A stretch of DNA of 54,189 nt, the filler included, from Catajapyx aquilonaris (Eukaryota): assembly GCA_000934665.2 (NCBI GenBank). It is 3 parts of 3 records of this genome, joined end to end, with 100 filler letters (N's around TTAATTAATTAA, not from the genome) between each part and the next. Parts side by side here need not be neighbours in the genome. Positions count along the whole stretch, not along the records: positions 1 to 18,053 come from KZ539597.1; 2 more parts are not named here. One strand, 5' to 3'. Positions 1 to 14,500 of this stretch are shown here, piece after piece. Made by a program: the position numbers and the translations under genes. The notes under the pieces were generated by a model that was not told where the DNA came from, ran no database searches, and saw nothing but the letters and a program-made list of their open reading frames with translations. Each line of letters opens with the position of its first letter. Within the stretch, counting starts at the first letter, position 1.

Positions 1-295
1 ATTATTGAAAAAGGATGAAGTAATGGGAGAGACTCAAATAATGTGGCAGGGGTAGGGGCACGCTGTACCAACATCATGACAACACAGCAGAATAACGCCA
101 TAGCGGAATCGCATGCATTAGCTGCTGCTGAGTCGCAAATAGCATAATAACTAACTGCCACTGAGTTGCAGTTATTTCAACAGTTATTACAAGTTGCAGT
201 CTCACTACTTTTGACCCACCACACTAGCTGCTGTCGTTTATTCTCTCTGAACCACGGTGGAGGGAAAGTGCTCTGAACCATACTCTGAACATGGC

Positions 296-1136
296 AAAAA
301 TCCGACCTGGAGCAACACACTTACATAGCGGCCCCGGGGCGGCCCCCGCCCCGGGCCGCCCCCAAACCACAGTTCGCCCTTGGTCACACTCGACACCATT
401 GAAACGCATTGCAGCGAAAAATCCGACCTGGAGCAACACACTTACATAGCGGCTCCGGGGCCGCCCCCGGGCCGCCCCCAACCACAGTTCGCCCTTGGTC
501 ACACTCGACACCATTGATACGCATTGCAGCGAAAAATCCGACCTGGAGCAACACACTTACATAGCGGCTCCGGGGCCGCCCCCGGGCCGCCCCCAACCAC
601 AGTTCGCCCTTGGTCACTCTCGACACCATTGAAACGAATTGCAGCGAAAAATCCGACCTGGAGCAACACACATAGCGGCCCCGGGGCCGCTCCGGGGCCG
701 CCCGCAAACCACAGTTCGCCCCTGGTCACNGCTCCGGGGCCGCCCCCGGGCCGCCCCCAACCACAGTTCGCCCTTGGTCACACTCGACACCATTGATACG
801 CATTGCAGCGAAAAATCCGACCTGGAGCAACACACTTACATAGCGGCTCCGGGGCCGCCCCCGGGCCGCCCCCAACCACAGTTCGCCCTTGGTCACACTC
901 GACACCATTGAAACGCATTGCAGCGAAAAATCCGACCTGGAGCAACACACTTACATAGCGGCTCCGGGGCCGCCCCCGGGCCGCCCCCAACCACAGTTCG
1001 CCCTTGGTCACACTCGACACCATTGATACGCATTGCAGCGAAAAATCCGACCTGGAGCAACACACATAGCGGCCCCGGGGCCGCCCCGGGGCCGCCCTCA
1101 AACCACAGTTCGCCCCTGGTCACACTCGACACCATT
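296..1136. repeat. GC-rich tandem repeat, about 115 bp unit, about 7 copies
   Basis: TCCGACCTGGAGCAACACAC recurs at 301, 422, 537, 652, 816, 931 and 1046 (mostly 115 bp spacing), with a degenerate copy near 1170. The single N at 730 breaks the phase. Confidence 0.95.
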
Positions 1137-1692
1137 GCAATTCATTGCATTGGTGTGAGGACACGGCGGAAAATCCTACCTGGGGCAACGCACTTGCAAA
1201 GCTGCTTTAGAAAACTAAGGTCAGGTCACTCATTTCTGCTCATTTTTATCGCCTGAATTTGGAAAAAAAACAACTCGGGCTGTGGGGGCTTGCAATTGAA
1301 AAGAAAACCTGGCCCTCAACAGGTTAAGGACTGCCGGATTGGCATTGGTGCCGCATGTGGTTGCACAGGGTTCATTACATGTGTGCTGCTATTGGCAGCT
1401 AATATTTTCGATGGCGCCGAAATGTGCCATTTTACACGTCGCTGCTACGTCAATCGTAAAGCGCTTCTATTAATAGCCGTTATAAAACGACACTTGAAGT
1501 TGGTTCACCCTGTATTATCATAAATAACACATCTGCTGTTGGAAACAGTTTACGAAGTAATAACATTTATTCAAATGACGCAAATTGTAAACACCTATTT
1601 GCCCATTTGACTGTTTGTGCTCCAGTGTACACTTTTACAGGCAGTGTCGCAGTGAATACCCCCCTTGGGCGAAAGAGAACGAGGAACCGGTT

Positions 1693-2033
1693 AAGACACG
1701 AGAAGCGCTTCCGAAGAACCGGTAGCATCTTCAAAAAAGGCATCCGATACCGCTTCTACAACCGCGCCCATGTTCGCAAAGAGCTACCGGTTACCGGATG
1801 ACAAGGGTACCGAGAAATTCGGAAGCGCTTCTTTTCCCATCCAAGACACGAGAAGCGCTTCCGAAGAACCGGTAGCATCTTCAAAAAAGGCATCCGATAC
1901 CGCTTCTACAACCGCTTCCATGTTCGCAAAGAGCTACCGGTTACCGGATGCCAAGGGTACCGAGAAATACTGGAAGCGCTTCTTGTACCGGGTCCGGATC
2001 GGTATCATAGAAGCGCTTCTTTTTCCATCCCTG
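1693..2033. mobile_element. About 150 bp direct duplication ending in a CAGGG-type terminus; probable non-autonomous DNA transposon remnant
   Basis: AAGACACGAGAAGCGCTTCCGAAGAACCGG... occurs at 1693 and 1843, with repeated AAGCGCTT/ACCGGT palindromes. It ends ...TTTTCCATCCCTG (reverse complement CAGGGATGGAAAA, hAT-like). The partner end was not found. Confidence 0.5.
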
Positions 2034-5000
2034 GTGATAACCTATACAACTCATGGGTTGTAGTTCCTGTCAGTGGATCTGTAAGAGAGAAAATAGGTAG
2101 CACGTATACCACATGAAAATAGTAGGGTATAAAAGGGTTTCACTATGCCATGATATACGTAGATTGTTTAAGAAAAACCTTCCATATGCTCTCAGCACGA
2201 AGCTAAGATATTCATGAAATTCCATTGCAGATAAATCAATCTCTCCGTCTGAAAAATAAGGCCAACGATAAACGTTTCCCGAACAAATACAGGAGTGCAC
2301 GTAAAGGACGTCAAGCATACAGTATATGAATGCTCATTATTATAGAAATAGGAACCTTAATAAATAAGAGTGATTTATAAACATGGACTGAATTAGATAA
2401 CGGTCTTCAATTTAATTTGTTGGATCTTTTTTGCTCAATTTGCATTCTGTCACGACTTGCATATCATCCACATAGAGGTGGGCAACTGCATGCAACAAAT
2501 AACTGAGTTTAGTTCTGATGTTCCGCGCAGCCTATCATCCAAGACTGCTGTCACTCGTGAATGTTACTATCCGTCAACAGCTAGGTCATGTTAGAAGTAA
2601 AACGCATTTCATTTTATGATTTACTGAAGTTTAAGTGGATAACGTAGGGGTACACCATGGAGTAGTTTCCTATGCGAGATACTACAAGTCACGCAATCCT
2701 TTTGGTCACGGAATGGATTAAAGATGTCACATGCTCACTCATGACCGTAACCCAGCATTCCCACATGTATTCCTGAGCATTTCCCACACAACTACACGTG
2801 CAACGAATGATCGCTAACAGCTTAGTTTGTAGCGGGCTCTCTATTGTCCTTCTGAAGACATGAGATCATGCCACGACACCGCAAGATACGTTGCATTGTA
2901 CGATGGCACAACTGTTCAAGTGTCACACCAATTTTATGTGCCGGTATTTCAAAAGTGGGATCACTCTTTGACATTGAATCAACATGATTGGCGTATAAGA
3001 TGCGATCGGGCTCTGTGGTTAGAAACTTTTGCACACAAAGTATAGAACGTCTTTACGTGACTGTGCATGAACTTGCTTTTATTTCTGCAGACTCTTTGAG
3101 TACCTTTTTACCAGCATGTCGTCTCCGAAGAGAGATTTGAATTGTGACATCAGCTGGTCGGAATTGAGTGCTTCTGTGGCGACCCAGAAGGATTACCAAC
3201 TTCAAGCCTGACAGACCATACCTGTCATCATTAGGCTCGCAGTCGCTGTCTGTATATGACATGTTGACATGCCGAATGTGAAGATGGGAGAGGTTATTTT
3301 TAAGTACTTTGTGTAGAAGTGGAACACATATTGTCGGCTCAGTACATGCTAAAAGGACTGGCATACACTGCAACAATTGCGGAAACAGACAAAATAGTCC
3401 ATTCATATTTGACATGCATGTGATGAATACTTGAATTTTTGATGCCCAGACTTGGCCAGCATGCATATTTCTATTCATATTTACATGACTTACGAATGCC
3501 GGAATTGAAATGGGCGTACGTATGGGTTTGCATTTGTTTAGCCGGTGTATACGACTGGGTGTTGTGTTAGGTAACATGTTCAGATCTGCGCAGTTGACTT
3601 GCGTATAATCGATAGTCAAAGCGTATTGAAAAAAAGGGAGGGGTAGGAGAGGGGGTTAGATGGTGAGCATACGAACATTTCTTCTCCTTGCGAGACGCAT
3701 TTGACATAAGCTACCACTCCCACCTGCTTTTTTATTGATGAGAAACGACCCTGACAAAGACCTTTCCCACGAAATTGCAATGCGAACCCCTAGACCGCGC
3801 ACCCCCCCCCCCCCCCNCCCAATACCAGAACAGACGATATCAAAATTTCATGGGTCAGGAGGGCGAAAGTTTGGCAGACTGGAAACTGGTTGTATATAGA
3901 TGGAGAGGAACCTAACTGGAGCATTTTCTAAGGCTGCATGGTATATATGTAGGGCAAAAGTTTGCTATTGAGTCAGTCACGGTGTTTCCGTCCTGAATTA
4001 TTTTGTGCTCTCTCTCTCTCTTTCTCTTTTTCTCCAAGTTTCATCCAATCACTAAAAAGTATTTGGATCGGTAGGAGTTTCCGCCGCAAACACTAATCGA
4101 CGAAAGTAATTTACGAGGCTTCGACCTTTTAGTTTGGCCTGAAAACACGGAGATAGTCTCAGGGTGCATGGGAAAGTATTCATGTAAAACTCTGCTATTT
4201 TTGGTCGACTATTTCAAAATGCTTTCAGCAAAAGTAGGCTTATAATTGCCTTTTATACAGTTTATAACCGCTTCTATCCGGATATGTATGGGGGAAAAAC
4301 TTACACGCTACGTATATACAGTGACTATACAGTATTCAGAAATCTTCATTATTTTATAGGTAAATCTGCATACTGTTAGGTGTAATGTGTATATATACCT
4401 GAAACGTACCGAGGCGTGCTTTACTTGCATTTTCAGGCTTGAATTCCCCGTTGCTTTATTATACACACCAGAGTGCATGTGTTGCTCAAGGTAGTTTCTG
4501 AGAAACAACGGGTTTTCATGGCTTCTCTGGTACTGTACGCTTGAGAAATATACCATGTCAACAAGGCAGCTGTAAGACTGCTGAACGTCACAGCTTTGCA
4601 GGGGTTTCAGTTGGGGTCGTATAATAACTCTAGTATAGCCGTGGGAAACTTCCGACAATATTTAGAGCTGAGCTGAGACTCCCAGAAGCAACCGACAAAG
4701 AGGCTTGTATTCACTGTATATGCGTGATATCTTGATAACCTTAGGGGCTGTGTTGAGGAAAACTGGAGCTGTCGATGGGTCCTGCTTATTCAAGCATGTA
4801 AGTGATAAGTAAAGAAGCTGGCGCTTTTTGCAGTCAATAGATGCTGAAATGGAGCTCCTGTTACGAATCAACGTTGGTTATTGGTTAAAATTTTGCAGGT
4901 TCCAGTTGCAAGTACTTTCACTATACATGCCTCGGAAAATCAGTGTTATCGATAGCGGTTTCAGCCTCGCCCTTTAGTCTTGCAAGCTTCGTTGGGGAAT

Positions 5001-6985
5001 TGTTTGGATATAGACCAACTAGAGTAATTATAAATCGTAAAGCTCGGTTGTGATAAGATGTATAAGGTGGGTATCTAAAACTAATTTGTATATAAAGCCT
5101 TTCAGGGTCACATGTTCTGATGGGATTTTTGGATGCAACGATGCAGAAATAATGCAACTTTAGAGGATTATGATAAGGGAGTCCTGCTTAAATTTGAGGA
5201 TTTCCAAACATCGGGAAGTTGCTACAATCTGAACGAAAATAGCACGTTCCTAGAAAACTCCACCCATCGCATCGGTCTGGTGCTACAGTATTCCAAGAAC
5301 TAATATTCCCACCCCTTCTTTATTTGCTTTCATGACCAAATACAACCTGCCAATTTGGGATGATTATGTGAATTACAGTATAGGCAGAGAGCTGGTAGCT
5401 AATTTTTCATAATGTATGACCAGTACTGTTAGAACAAAAGCGGCTCATCATTCGTATATGTATATACAGTATATTCACATAATACTGCAGGGCAAACAAC
5501 ATCGTGATACTGTATTATGAAAAGGGCAGTCGTCGATGAAAAAATGAGGGGGAGAAATTAATAACGAAAAAAAACGATGAAACAGGTTCGGAGGCCAAAA
5601 ATTTGTAACGAAATCAAATATGAGGTTATCGCTTTCGGGGCTAAAAATTGCTCATGATGCGATAAAGCCTATATGCATAAATTGCTGCGCTCGTGTTTTA
5701 CTTACTATGAAGAATGCTAACAAATAAAATAGGAAAATTGTCTGGATGTCCCTTTACGACCATCACAATTATTGTATCCACTCGCTGTTTTTGTACAGTA
5801 TACCTATATATACTGTGTATGACTGTTGCTGTTGTACGTAATACAGATTTTAAATATCAATGCACTCGGATTATTACAGTTTTGATCGGCAGTGTTTCGT
5901 CTATTTGAACTGCATGCATGCAACCATGATGTGGGGAAGAGTGGAGGTGTTAGCATCAAATTGGGCCATGCAGTATTACTATTTCTGTACAGTATAGTAC
6001 AGGTCCAATGTTTGCAGAGATACCATATAATAACGTGGTGCCAGAAGGGGAGCATTCAGCAATGTTTATATTATTTATTCATAATTACTTGGCATATGCA
6101 AAGAGCGTCGATTATTAACTGCAAAAAAATATCGAAACGGGGCCAACTCCCCCGGACAAGAAGGCCTTGCATTAGTCACAATACCCATAAAAGTTTTGGG
6201 TGGGGTTTGGCCCCGGTGCGCTATAAATGCACCAGCACCGCCCCTGCTGCTAGGGGCAGTCTACGTCAACCGAATTCAGCCTATGAAATCCGACAAGCTT
6301 ACAAGCTTTTGATTATTTATTGTGAACCAACCGATTACCGCAAAGAGAAGGCCGCGTAAGCAGATTTTGTCCAGTGGAGGTTACGCAGTAATCATTAGGT
6401 GGTGAATATATTGAATAGCGAACCACTCTGCATGGGACAAAATACTTGCATAATTTTCCAGGTGCAAAAGTGTGGCCTGAATTATTAGAATTGTTGGCAT
6501 TTTATGGATGGCCCATTGCTGAATAAGTATGACGTGCGAGGGATTACTAGGTCGCAACTTTATTACGGCTATGCCCCGCAATGAGGGTTTTTGGAGTACA
6601 ATAAGGTTTTGTAAATAGAAGGTATAATGCGTGGCATGTTTGAGGAGAAGGGGGAGGGTAGGGGGTCCGTGGGTCCTTCCCGTTAATTAGTTTCAGCTCG
6701 ATATTGCATCAGTATAAATGCAGGCCCTGGCTTTCTGAAAGCTGCTGATGACCTGGAAGTGGCTGTAACATAATTACGTGCCTCTCCCCCATTACTTTGC
6801 GTGGAGTAGGAGTAGGGGGTGGAGGTAGAGGGGGGGGGGGGNGGGTGATGGCGAACCTCGCAACCGAAGAAGCCTTTGCAAGCAACCAACCTAGATGATG
6901 GCGCAGCACTCCTTACACAAAGACCTCCTGCCTATATAGTCGGCTGCTGCTCTACACCTGATTCATAAGTAGGCTGAGGATTTGC

Positions 6986-7057
<72 letters not shown>

Positions 7058-7072
7058 TGATGATGATGATGA
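6986..7072. repeat. (TAA)n-(TGA)n compound microsatellite
   Basis: Directly visible. Confidence 0.97.
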
Positions 7073-7268
7073 AATTGTTGCCCTTCGATTTTGAAAATTG
7101 ATGTGCTGCGTGAAAGGTCATGGTCTAGGTGACTGCCAAAAATCAGGATGGGAAACCTAGAGGCTGCTGAGAAAATAAATCAAGCGTCTACTCACCAGCC
7201 GATGATGCGTTTGTGTGAAGTACAGTACAAGGATCGCAAACAGGCTTGCTTAACTTATAGAATTTTGT

Positions 7269-7551
7269 TAGACCACCTGTGATGGAGAAATGACGCACCT
7301 ACGCGTACTGTGAATAATATTGTTTTGGAGCCTGCCTTCTGTTGACATGTTGGCTCACTTATGGGCGGGTTTTTGTGTTGATAATTTGAAAATGCGTGTG
7401 TGACTTCTCTATATGTGATCCTTATTGCCTCACATACTACCCCGAGGATTAACATAAAATTCCGCCCATATGTGAGCCAACATGACAACAGAAGGCAGCC
7501 TAACAATAATTGTCACAATAGGTGAGTTATTTCTCCATCACAGGTGGTCTA
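7269..7551. mobile_element. Foldback MITE, about 283 bp
   Basis: TAGACCACCTGTGATGGAGAAATGACGCACCTA (7269-7301) pairs with 7519-7551 with 2 mismatches. Inner arms CATGTTGGCTCACTTATGGGCGG / CCGCCCATATGTGAGCCAACATG also pair. TA at both ends. Confidence 0.85.
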
Positions 7552-8637
7552 TGTGAGTTGAGCTAAGTCTGTTTACTTCACACATATGAATTGCCAAGAA
7601 GGGCAGTGATCCAACAACAGTGAAGCAAACTTTTCAGGAGACATAAAAACCTCGCATAGTGATCATAATAGCATGAATACGGGGTGTATATGCATATCTG
7701 TCATTTTCCACAAATAGGCTATTACAGTACATAGGGTTAAAGTTCATATCATGGTTCATATAATATGTGGTCTGCAAGAAAAATGTGTTACGCAAGGTAT
7801 GGGAAATATTTGCAGGCAGTGAAGTTGGTTCATTACTCGTCTTGGCAGAGTTATTGACCTCTTTTCATACTCATACATTTATTGGTTCGGGATCATTGGC
7901 ATAAGCCACATATCTTCCTCATTAGATGTCACATTACCATCATCTGGGGAAGAAAGACTCTGAATAAAGGCATGGGTCTTTTGTGACAAATGTTGAAGCA
8001 CCAGGATCACATTATAACTCAACTCCCTGGCGTCAAGAAAATGTTCGAAAAAGCTCACCCCGCGTGCTGCCCGAGGGACAAAGTTTCCGTGACCTCCCAC
8101 GCCAAACAGGTCGAACCAATTAACGTTTAATTTATCCCGATATCATATCTACATGAAACCCACAACTGTGCCAAATTTCGTCAAAATCGGAGACCGGTGA
8201 GGTTTTATGAGTTATCGCCTTGACGTGGATTTACCCAATGGTTGTATCGTAACCGAATAATTTAGTAACTTATTAAGTAAATTCATTAGAATTAGCGTAT
8301 ATTGAATGAAATATGTACAGTACATATTAAAAATACATTTGCAATTGGGGAAAGAAAATATTCGTATATGCTATGGAAGGCAGTAAGAGCCAGGAGTCGT
8401 TTAAAATCAAAATTGTATTGAGTCGTATCTTCCGTCAAGTAGTCAAGTATCCCAGTGAATCGAGATGTCTGTGTCACTTGTTCGTATAGCAAAAGATTTC
8501 TCCAACCTTTGCTGCTGTTGTCAGACACCCCGCATAGAATCAAGTTTGAACTGCATTTGACACAAGACAAACGAGCACGAGAAACCTTTCTATTTTTATT
8601 GAAACGAAAGTTCGTGCTCTAGACGGCGTCCTATCTA

Positions 8638-8836
8638 CAGGGTGCTCCAATTGAAATTCTCCTACGTTAGTGGTTAGCAGGTTAGCAATCTTTTGGGACA
8701 GTTACTGTAAAGGTTTTATTTATTATTTGATAACAACATCGGTTTGCCATTGGAATTGCATGCTAGTGTTTTTTTTTTTGGCAGCAACATTGGGCCAAAA
8801 ATTGCTCACCATTGCATTTTCAACTGGAACACCCTG
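8638..8836. mobile_element. Tc1/mariner-type MITE, 199 bp
   Basis: TA|CAGGGTGCTCCAATTGAAA ... TTTCAACTGGAACACCCTG|TA: terminal inverted repeats plus TA target duplication. Confidence 0.85.
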
Positions 8837-9206
8837 TATACAGCCAGCGGAGTCCATCACGAAGTTCTGAAGTTTCTGCATACTCTCCCAAGAGAGCGCC
8901 CTCCTTTCCTTCCAGTCAAACATACTGTACCTTCCCTTTAGGAGCTGACCTAAGTTACATAACACTGTCTGAAAACAGTAAGATCTGCCTTATGGTGCAA
9001 GCTCCCAACTTTCGAAATATTTGCCCAAAATTTGTATAAGGATCCCCAGTTTGCACGAGGATTTAATGAGGGGGCTGCGAACGTGACGGGGTGTAAAGGG
9101 CCCGTTTACACGAGACCACTGCTAGCAAAACACAAACGCAGGCACGCCGCAACACGCAAGAGGCAACACGCGGCGGATCTCCACTCGGATTGGTGGATTG
9201 GCAGCT

Positions 9207-9325
9207 GTGGATTGCTCGCAGAGGTGGATTGCTCGCAGAGGTGGATTGCTCGCAGCGGTGGATTGCTCGCGGCGGTGGATTGCTCGCAGAGGTGGAGTGC
9301 TCGTAGCGGTGGATTGCTCGCAGCG
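9207..9325. repeat. 17 bp minisatellite (GTGGATTGCTCGCAG[A/C]G) x7
   Basis: Directly visible tandem units. Confidence 0.93.
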
Positions 9326-11380
9326 GACTGATTGGCCTGCTGAGGCCAGCGTTACGCAATTGGACCGACGTTACGTACTGGCCACATACGCATGACCAAA
9401 CTTCTGTTCTTGAATCTGTACCTGAAACGTCCTATACGCCTCCCGGGCTGAGAAATGAGGGAATCGATCGGGGCTCACACCTGCTGCCGCGTTGCCACGC
9501 CTGCCCCTCCCCTCCTTCCCCCACCTCATTCCTGCATGACCTCCCTTGTGTCCCGTGCCCCGTAGCCCTACTTCTCCAGCAGCGCATCTGCAGGTGCAGG
9601 AAAAGGACCGCCATCATACATACACACGTTCACATACAAATTGGCGCGAGGGGGGTATGTGACGTCACTTCCGAGTCTTTTACTAGCGCCACGAGGGACT
9701 AGTGTAGGTAGGGTAGGGAGGGGTATAGGGGGAGGAAAGGGGTACTATCGTGGCGGATGGTGTGGTTTTGGGGGAGTGCGCTGGAGTCGTCACTGTCGTC
9801 GACATCGTGGGTCTCTCTCGCGGTCGACGGTAACTCTTGTCACACCGATCTGATGTTGAATGCGGCAGGTGATAATTAATTCGATTACGGATCATTAACC
9901 CCTTACCGGAGGACTGGCTTCGGATGAGCTTACGACCAGGTATGTCACCTGTTTTAAGAGTTATTTATAGTACAAACAAAATTATTGGGTAACATTTCGC
10001 AGTGCATGTTGCGATAATCGGCCTCTCCTGAAATGTACCGTAATTGACCTAGTGATTCGAAAAGGGGGTGGTATTTCCAAATTTTAGTGACTGCGATAAT
10101 TGCGCCTAATCGCATTGGCCGACCAAAAAAGCGAGTGGACCAGGCTCACATGAGCACGATGCGATTCGATTAAGTGCGATGATCGCATCGCATTAGCGGG
10201 GAGCACTGCGGAAAATAAAATAGGCAATTCATTTAATTGACGTATCGATTTTACTTTTCAGTAGCGACCAGTTTTCGCGGGTACGGGGTACGGCCAGTAC
10301 TGTCACGTGTTCGGTTAAGTAACATTACTCTCGAGTCAAATTAGCAGGGTCCGCGTGAGGAAGTGACAGAAAAGGTTTGATAGTGGAACTTAAGTAATAG
10401 GCTTGCTAAGGGAGTAAGTACATGTAGGAACTACTTTATTATGCGATAGTAATCTGAATTGCGGTTGATTGCCGCTAGTATGGCCGAATGCCTAGACCCT
10501 ATTTCAATATTCCCGGCCGGAAAAAAAAGGGTCAGGTCAAGGGCACCGATTTTCTGTCCTGAAATGTTTATGTGGGCTTCCGCTGTATGGGTGCGTGTCC
10601 ATTTTGCGTATACCGAGATTCCCATTTACACGACCTGGTGGGAAAGGACCAGATCAGTTTTCAGCCGTGTAATTAGTCATAGGAGAGTACAGGGTGTTCC
10701 TAAATGACTAGTTTCGAGTCACAAAATTTTCCCTCAGCTCAATTGTGTATTTCCCCCCACCTCCTCAAAATGAAATATGAATCACCAATTTGGGTATTAT
10801 ATCTCAACCGTTTCTCTCTCTCTCTCTCTCTTTTTTTTTATTCAACCTCCCCACGAACTTGCTCAATAAATGAGGCGAAAACGAGGGAGGAGATTGCATG
10901 AAATGCTCCTTAATATCAGATCCGAGCACGTTAGCCGATTTTGAGCATTATCATTAGCTTATCGCGGCAGACAGGTGGGGCAAGTGGTATAGGTTATGGT
11001 CGGTGGGTCGTTTAGTAACGAGTTTTCTTCTACTTGATGGAACTCTTATCTAATCAGTGCGTATGGGCATGCCCGATGTGTTAGTAATCAGATTAGATCA
11101 TTAGGGGACTGTCCCAAATTGCTGTCCAGGATGATGAGGTTGAACTCGTCTTTCTCATTCCAATACCCCCCCTTTTTTTTTCTTGAACTTCCCTCGTTTT
11201 TTTGGCCTCTCTCCGAACAAGATTACGGCGCAATTTGTCCAACTTTGTGCCGAAAGAGTCGATGATATATCGATCGGGTAGGATAGGTGATTTGCTGGCC
11301 GAGCTGCAGCCCTGGCCTAGTACCCCCCCCTTCCAACGAGTCGAGAAGGGATGCCTTTTCCTCGCCATCCCCCCCCCCCC

Positions 11381-11572
11381 NNNNNNNNNNNNNNNNNNNN
11401 NNNNNNNNNNNNNNNNNNNNNNNNNNNNNNNNNNNNNNNNNNNNNNNNNNNNNNNNNNNNNNNNNNNNNNNNNNNNNNNNNNNNNNNNNNNNNNNNNNNN
11501 NNNNNNNNNNNNNNNNNNNNNNNNNNNNNNNNNNNNNNNNNNNNNNNNNNNNNNNNNNNNNNNNNNNNNNNN
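11381..11572. other. Assembly gap flanked by poly-C and poly-G
   Basis: Run of N. Confidence 0.99.
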
Positions 11573-14500
11573 GGGGGGGGGGGGGGGGAAGGACGCGTGT
11601 ATAAAATGAAAGTTTCATGCTTCGAGTCGGTTTTTGTCACAAAAAAAAAAAAAATTGTTTGTTTTAAGGGCCTATTTGCCGCAGTATTGCAGATAACGCC
11701 CGCAGTTAGCGGTATGTTCTGTTATTGCTCTTCCAGGCGGGGAATGTGCCTTCAGTATGACCTTGTGTCCCGGGCAAAATACGGGTACACTATTTAAAAA
11801 AAAAATACATTTTGACGACAGCACTTTTCCTTGGTGGCAATGGCGAATAGGTAGTATTTGGGAGTCTAGATTGAGTGAGGGCTGCAATCAGAAGTGGCCC
11901 CAAGCGGGGGCTCTAGGAGCTGAAATTCCAGCCGGTTAGGGTACTTATCCGGGTGATTTACAAACTCAAAAGCCAGTTATGATGATTCATTCGGGGTGCG
12001 GGTCGCATTCATTAGAGAGAGGGGACTATCACCGGCACTGCGGAGTCTAGCTAGAGGCGGCCCGATCTTCAGAGTATCGACCAAATTGAAGGCTGGCGTT
12101 AAGTGGAGGGATATGGTGGCCAAGGATAGGGTGGGGCGGAAGGACACGTAGCATATTTTAGAGGTTTTAGGCGGACAAGGCGATGCCAGGGGGATGGGGA
12201 TGTCGGAGGGGTGGAAGGTGCTTCGATGCATTCTTGTCGGGGCTTGGTGGTGGAAGGACGGTTTGGGTACGGGCATGGTGTGCACACTGGACAGATTTGG
12301 CCATGTCAAGACGAGCCAGGAAATCACAGACAAACCAGCTGAATTTATATTGGATAAATTTGCATGGTGACTGCAATTGTTAAATATTTGGAAAGAAGCG
12401 GATGTTGCATGTGGCCTGAAAAACGGAGCTGCTGCGTTGTGTTAGTTTGACATGTTATTTCAGCTCGTTTGTTTATGTACAGAGTGGTCCAAACGGTGTA
12501 CCCGGCTTGGATTTACATTCCTTGCGAATTTTTGGGACAAAGTTATACCCCATTTTGAATTCACATTCTACAGATACCTGTATGCCAATTTTCATTTTGA
12601 GAACTACTCTACATAAATGGTATAATCCTTTTAGTTTTGCCACCTTCAACCAAAGTGTTAGAAACGTTACCTAATCTGCAGAACATTAGTCTCGTTGGTA
12701 GCTAAACGAAAATGAACAGGCTCATTACCTCCGTAATGAAAGCGAAATTGACCAAGTTGATTTTGGCATGGGACCTAAATCTGACAGAACATTTTGGACC
12801 AACCCGATACTGTATTATTGCTGGGGACTACTGGTATAAGCAAGGGTTTCAAACCCGATAATCAAAGTTCTGCTATGCCGGACACTAACTGCCTGGAGTC
12901 CACTTTGATATGAAATAATAAAAACAGTACTTAAATGTCAGTCTGAAAATGGAATTAGACATGCAATGCCAGAAAAATACTTACGATTGATTTTAAAAAT
13001 TGAACCTTACAGTGTAAAAAAAACTATTGCGAAATTATCCCTGGGGGTAATACTGTATGTTAACAGTACAGTACACATTCCAAAGGGGGGGGGGGGTCAA
13101 AAATAGGTATTTTAATGTCAGAAATTAATTAATCAGTACATAGCACGGAGGAATGTGCAAAGTGCCATCCACTGATCAGGTTCAAAAAATTCCATCCTTT
13201 TTACCCCGAATTACCCTACCACTTAACTTAATGACTTGGACAGCCCTGAACTCAATGCACATTGATCCCTAGGTTTTTACTAGTTCTTGGCAGCATATTT
13301 ACCAAGTCCCCGCCAGTATAGAGTTACCTCCGAGCTGTCAATCACGGTCAATTCATTTATGAGTAACCAACCCCTTGATGACGATCGCTATATTGAGTTA
13401 TAGTCAAACAACCTTTCAAAAATTCATAAGCCTGGGTTTACAAAGTGCTCGCAGACGTGAAATCTAATTAATTAAAAACGCATGAAGCCATGAAAGTGAT
13501 TTTGCCTTGATGCGGTTACCTTGTATATACTGCCTTTTTTTTTACCTGGATCGAATCAGATATAGTGTCTTGCAATTGTCGATGGTCGCATGCACATGTT
13601 TTGCATAATTTCGCCGTTATGCTCGACACAACTGAATGACTTGAGTTGGGGGGAAATCCTAGATCCGGATGTAAGAGTCGAAAGCTTTTTCAAATATTCA
13701 TCGCATTCCTTCTGGATTTAATTAGCAAACTTTCCTTAGAGGAATCCCCCCCCCCCCCTCATAACCCTTCCTTGCCGACCTTTGGCATTCTTTTCAAACA
13801 ACAGTTATTAATCGCCGTTTATTGGCGACCCTTGCTGTTGAGTGCCAGAAGTTTCTATATTACAAGTGTACAAATTGGACTAATTTTAAGTTCCGTATGT
13901 TATTAGAATGAAGGTAATTGTTAACGCGTTGTCACATTAAAGGGCGATAACAGTCAGGCGAAAGCTAATATTCATCCTGCGAGTTAGCTAACCTATCCGC
14001 CTCTCTTGATCAATTGTTTGCCTAATTTACAGGCGCTCCCAACAGAGTCTGGAAAAATGGGTCAAAAATAAGGCGAAATGTTCAGGGTGATTTTTTTCCA
14101 TAATAATCCGAGGGATTATTCTAGGCTGCATTGTTCGTTTTGATCATCTTAGACATACTTTGAGGATGAGAACAGGATGTAGAGAGGGCTGCTTTATTCC
14201 AAATAATTCACAAAAACAAATTCGTTAGCTTCATGCTGGAGGTCATGGGAATGCACTGTACAATAGAGTTTCTTTTCGTAAACAGGAAAAACGTATCGAG
14301 GTTGCCAACGTTGGTACAGTGCATAAAACAAAATTGCGATTATTCACAATGTTTTGTGTGTGACGAAACACGTTCCACCACTCCTACATCAACATTACTT
14401 TGATAACTGCACAAGAATATTTTACATGTACTGTGCCATCCTGTGATGTAAGGTAATTCTTTGCACTGTCTTCTGTGAAACATCTTTTAAATCTTTTACG

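Noticed and set aside
224..1256. Many overlapping ORFs on both strands
   Set aside because: Translations of the 115 bp GC-rich satellite. Not a CRISPR array either, since there are no unique spacers.
3053..6581. ORFs of 60-188 aa in the first AT-rich region
   Set aside because: No recognisable motifs, paralogy or consistent splice structure.
9090..9110. Near-palindrome GTGTAAAGGGCCCGTTTACAC resembling a Harbinger-type end
   Set aside because: No matching distal terminus found, so no element can be delimited.
10690..10710. TA-CAGGGTGTTCC Tc1-like end
   Set aside because: Partner inverted repeat not found.
11202..11797. ORFs spanning the N run
   Set aside because: Artefacts of translating N.
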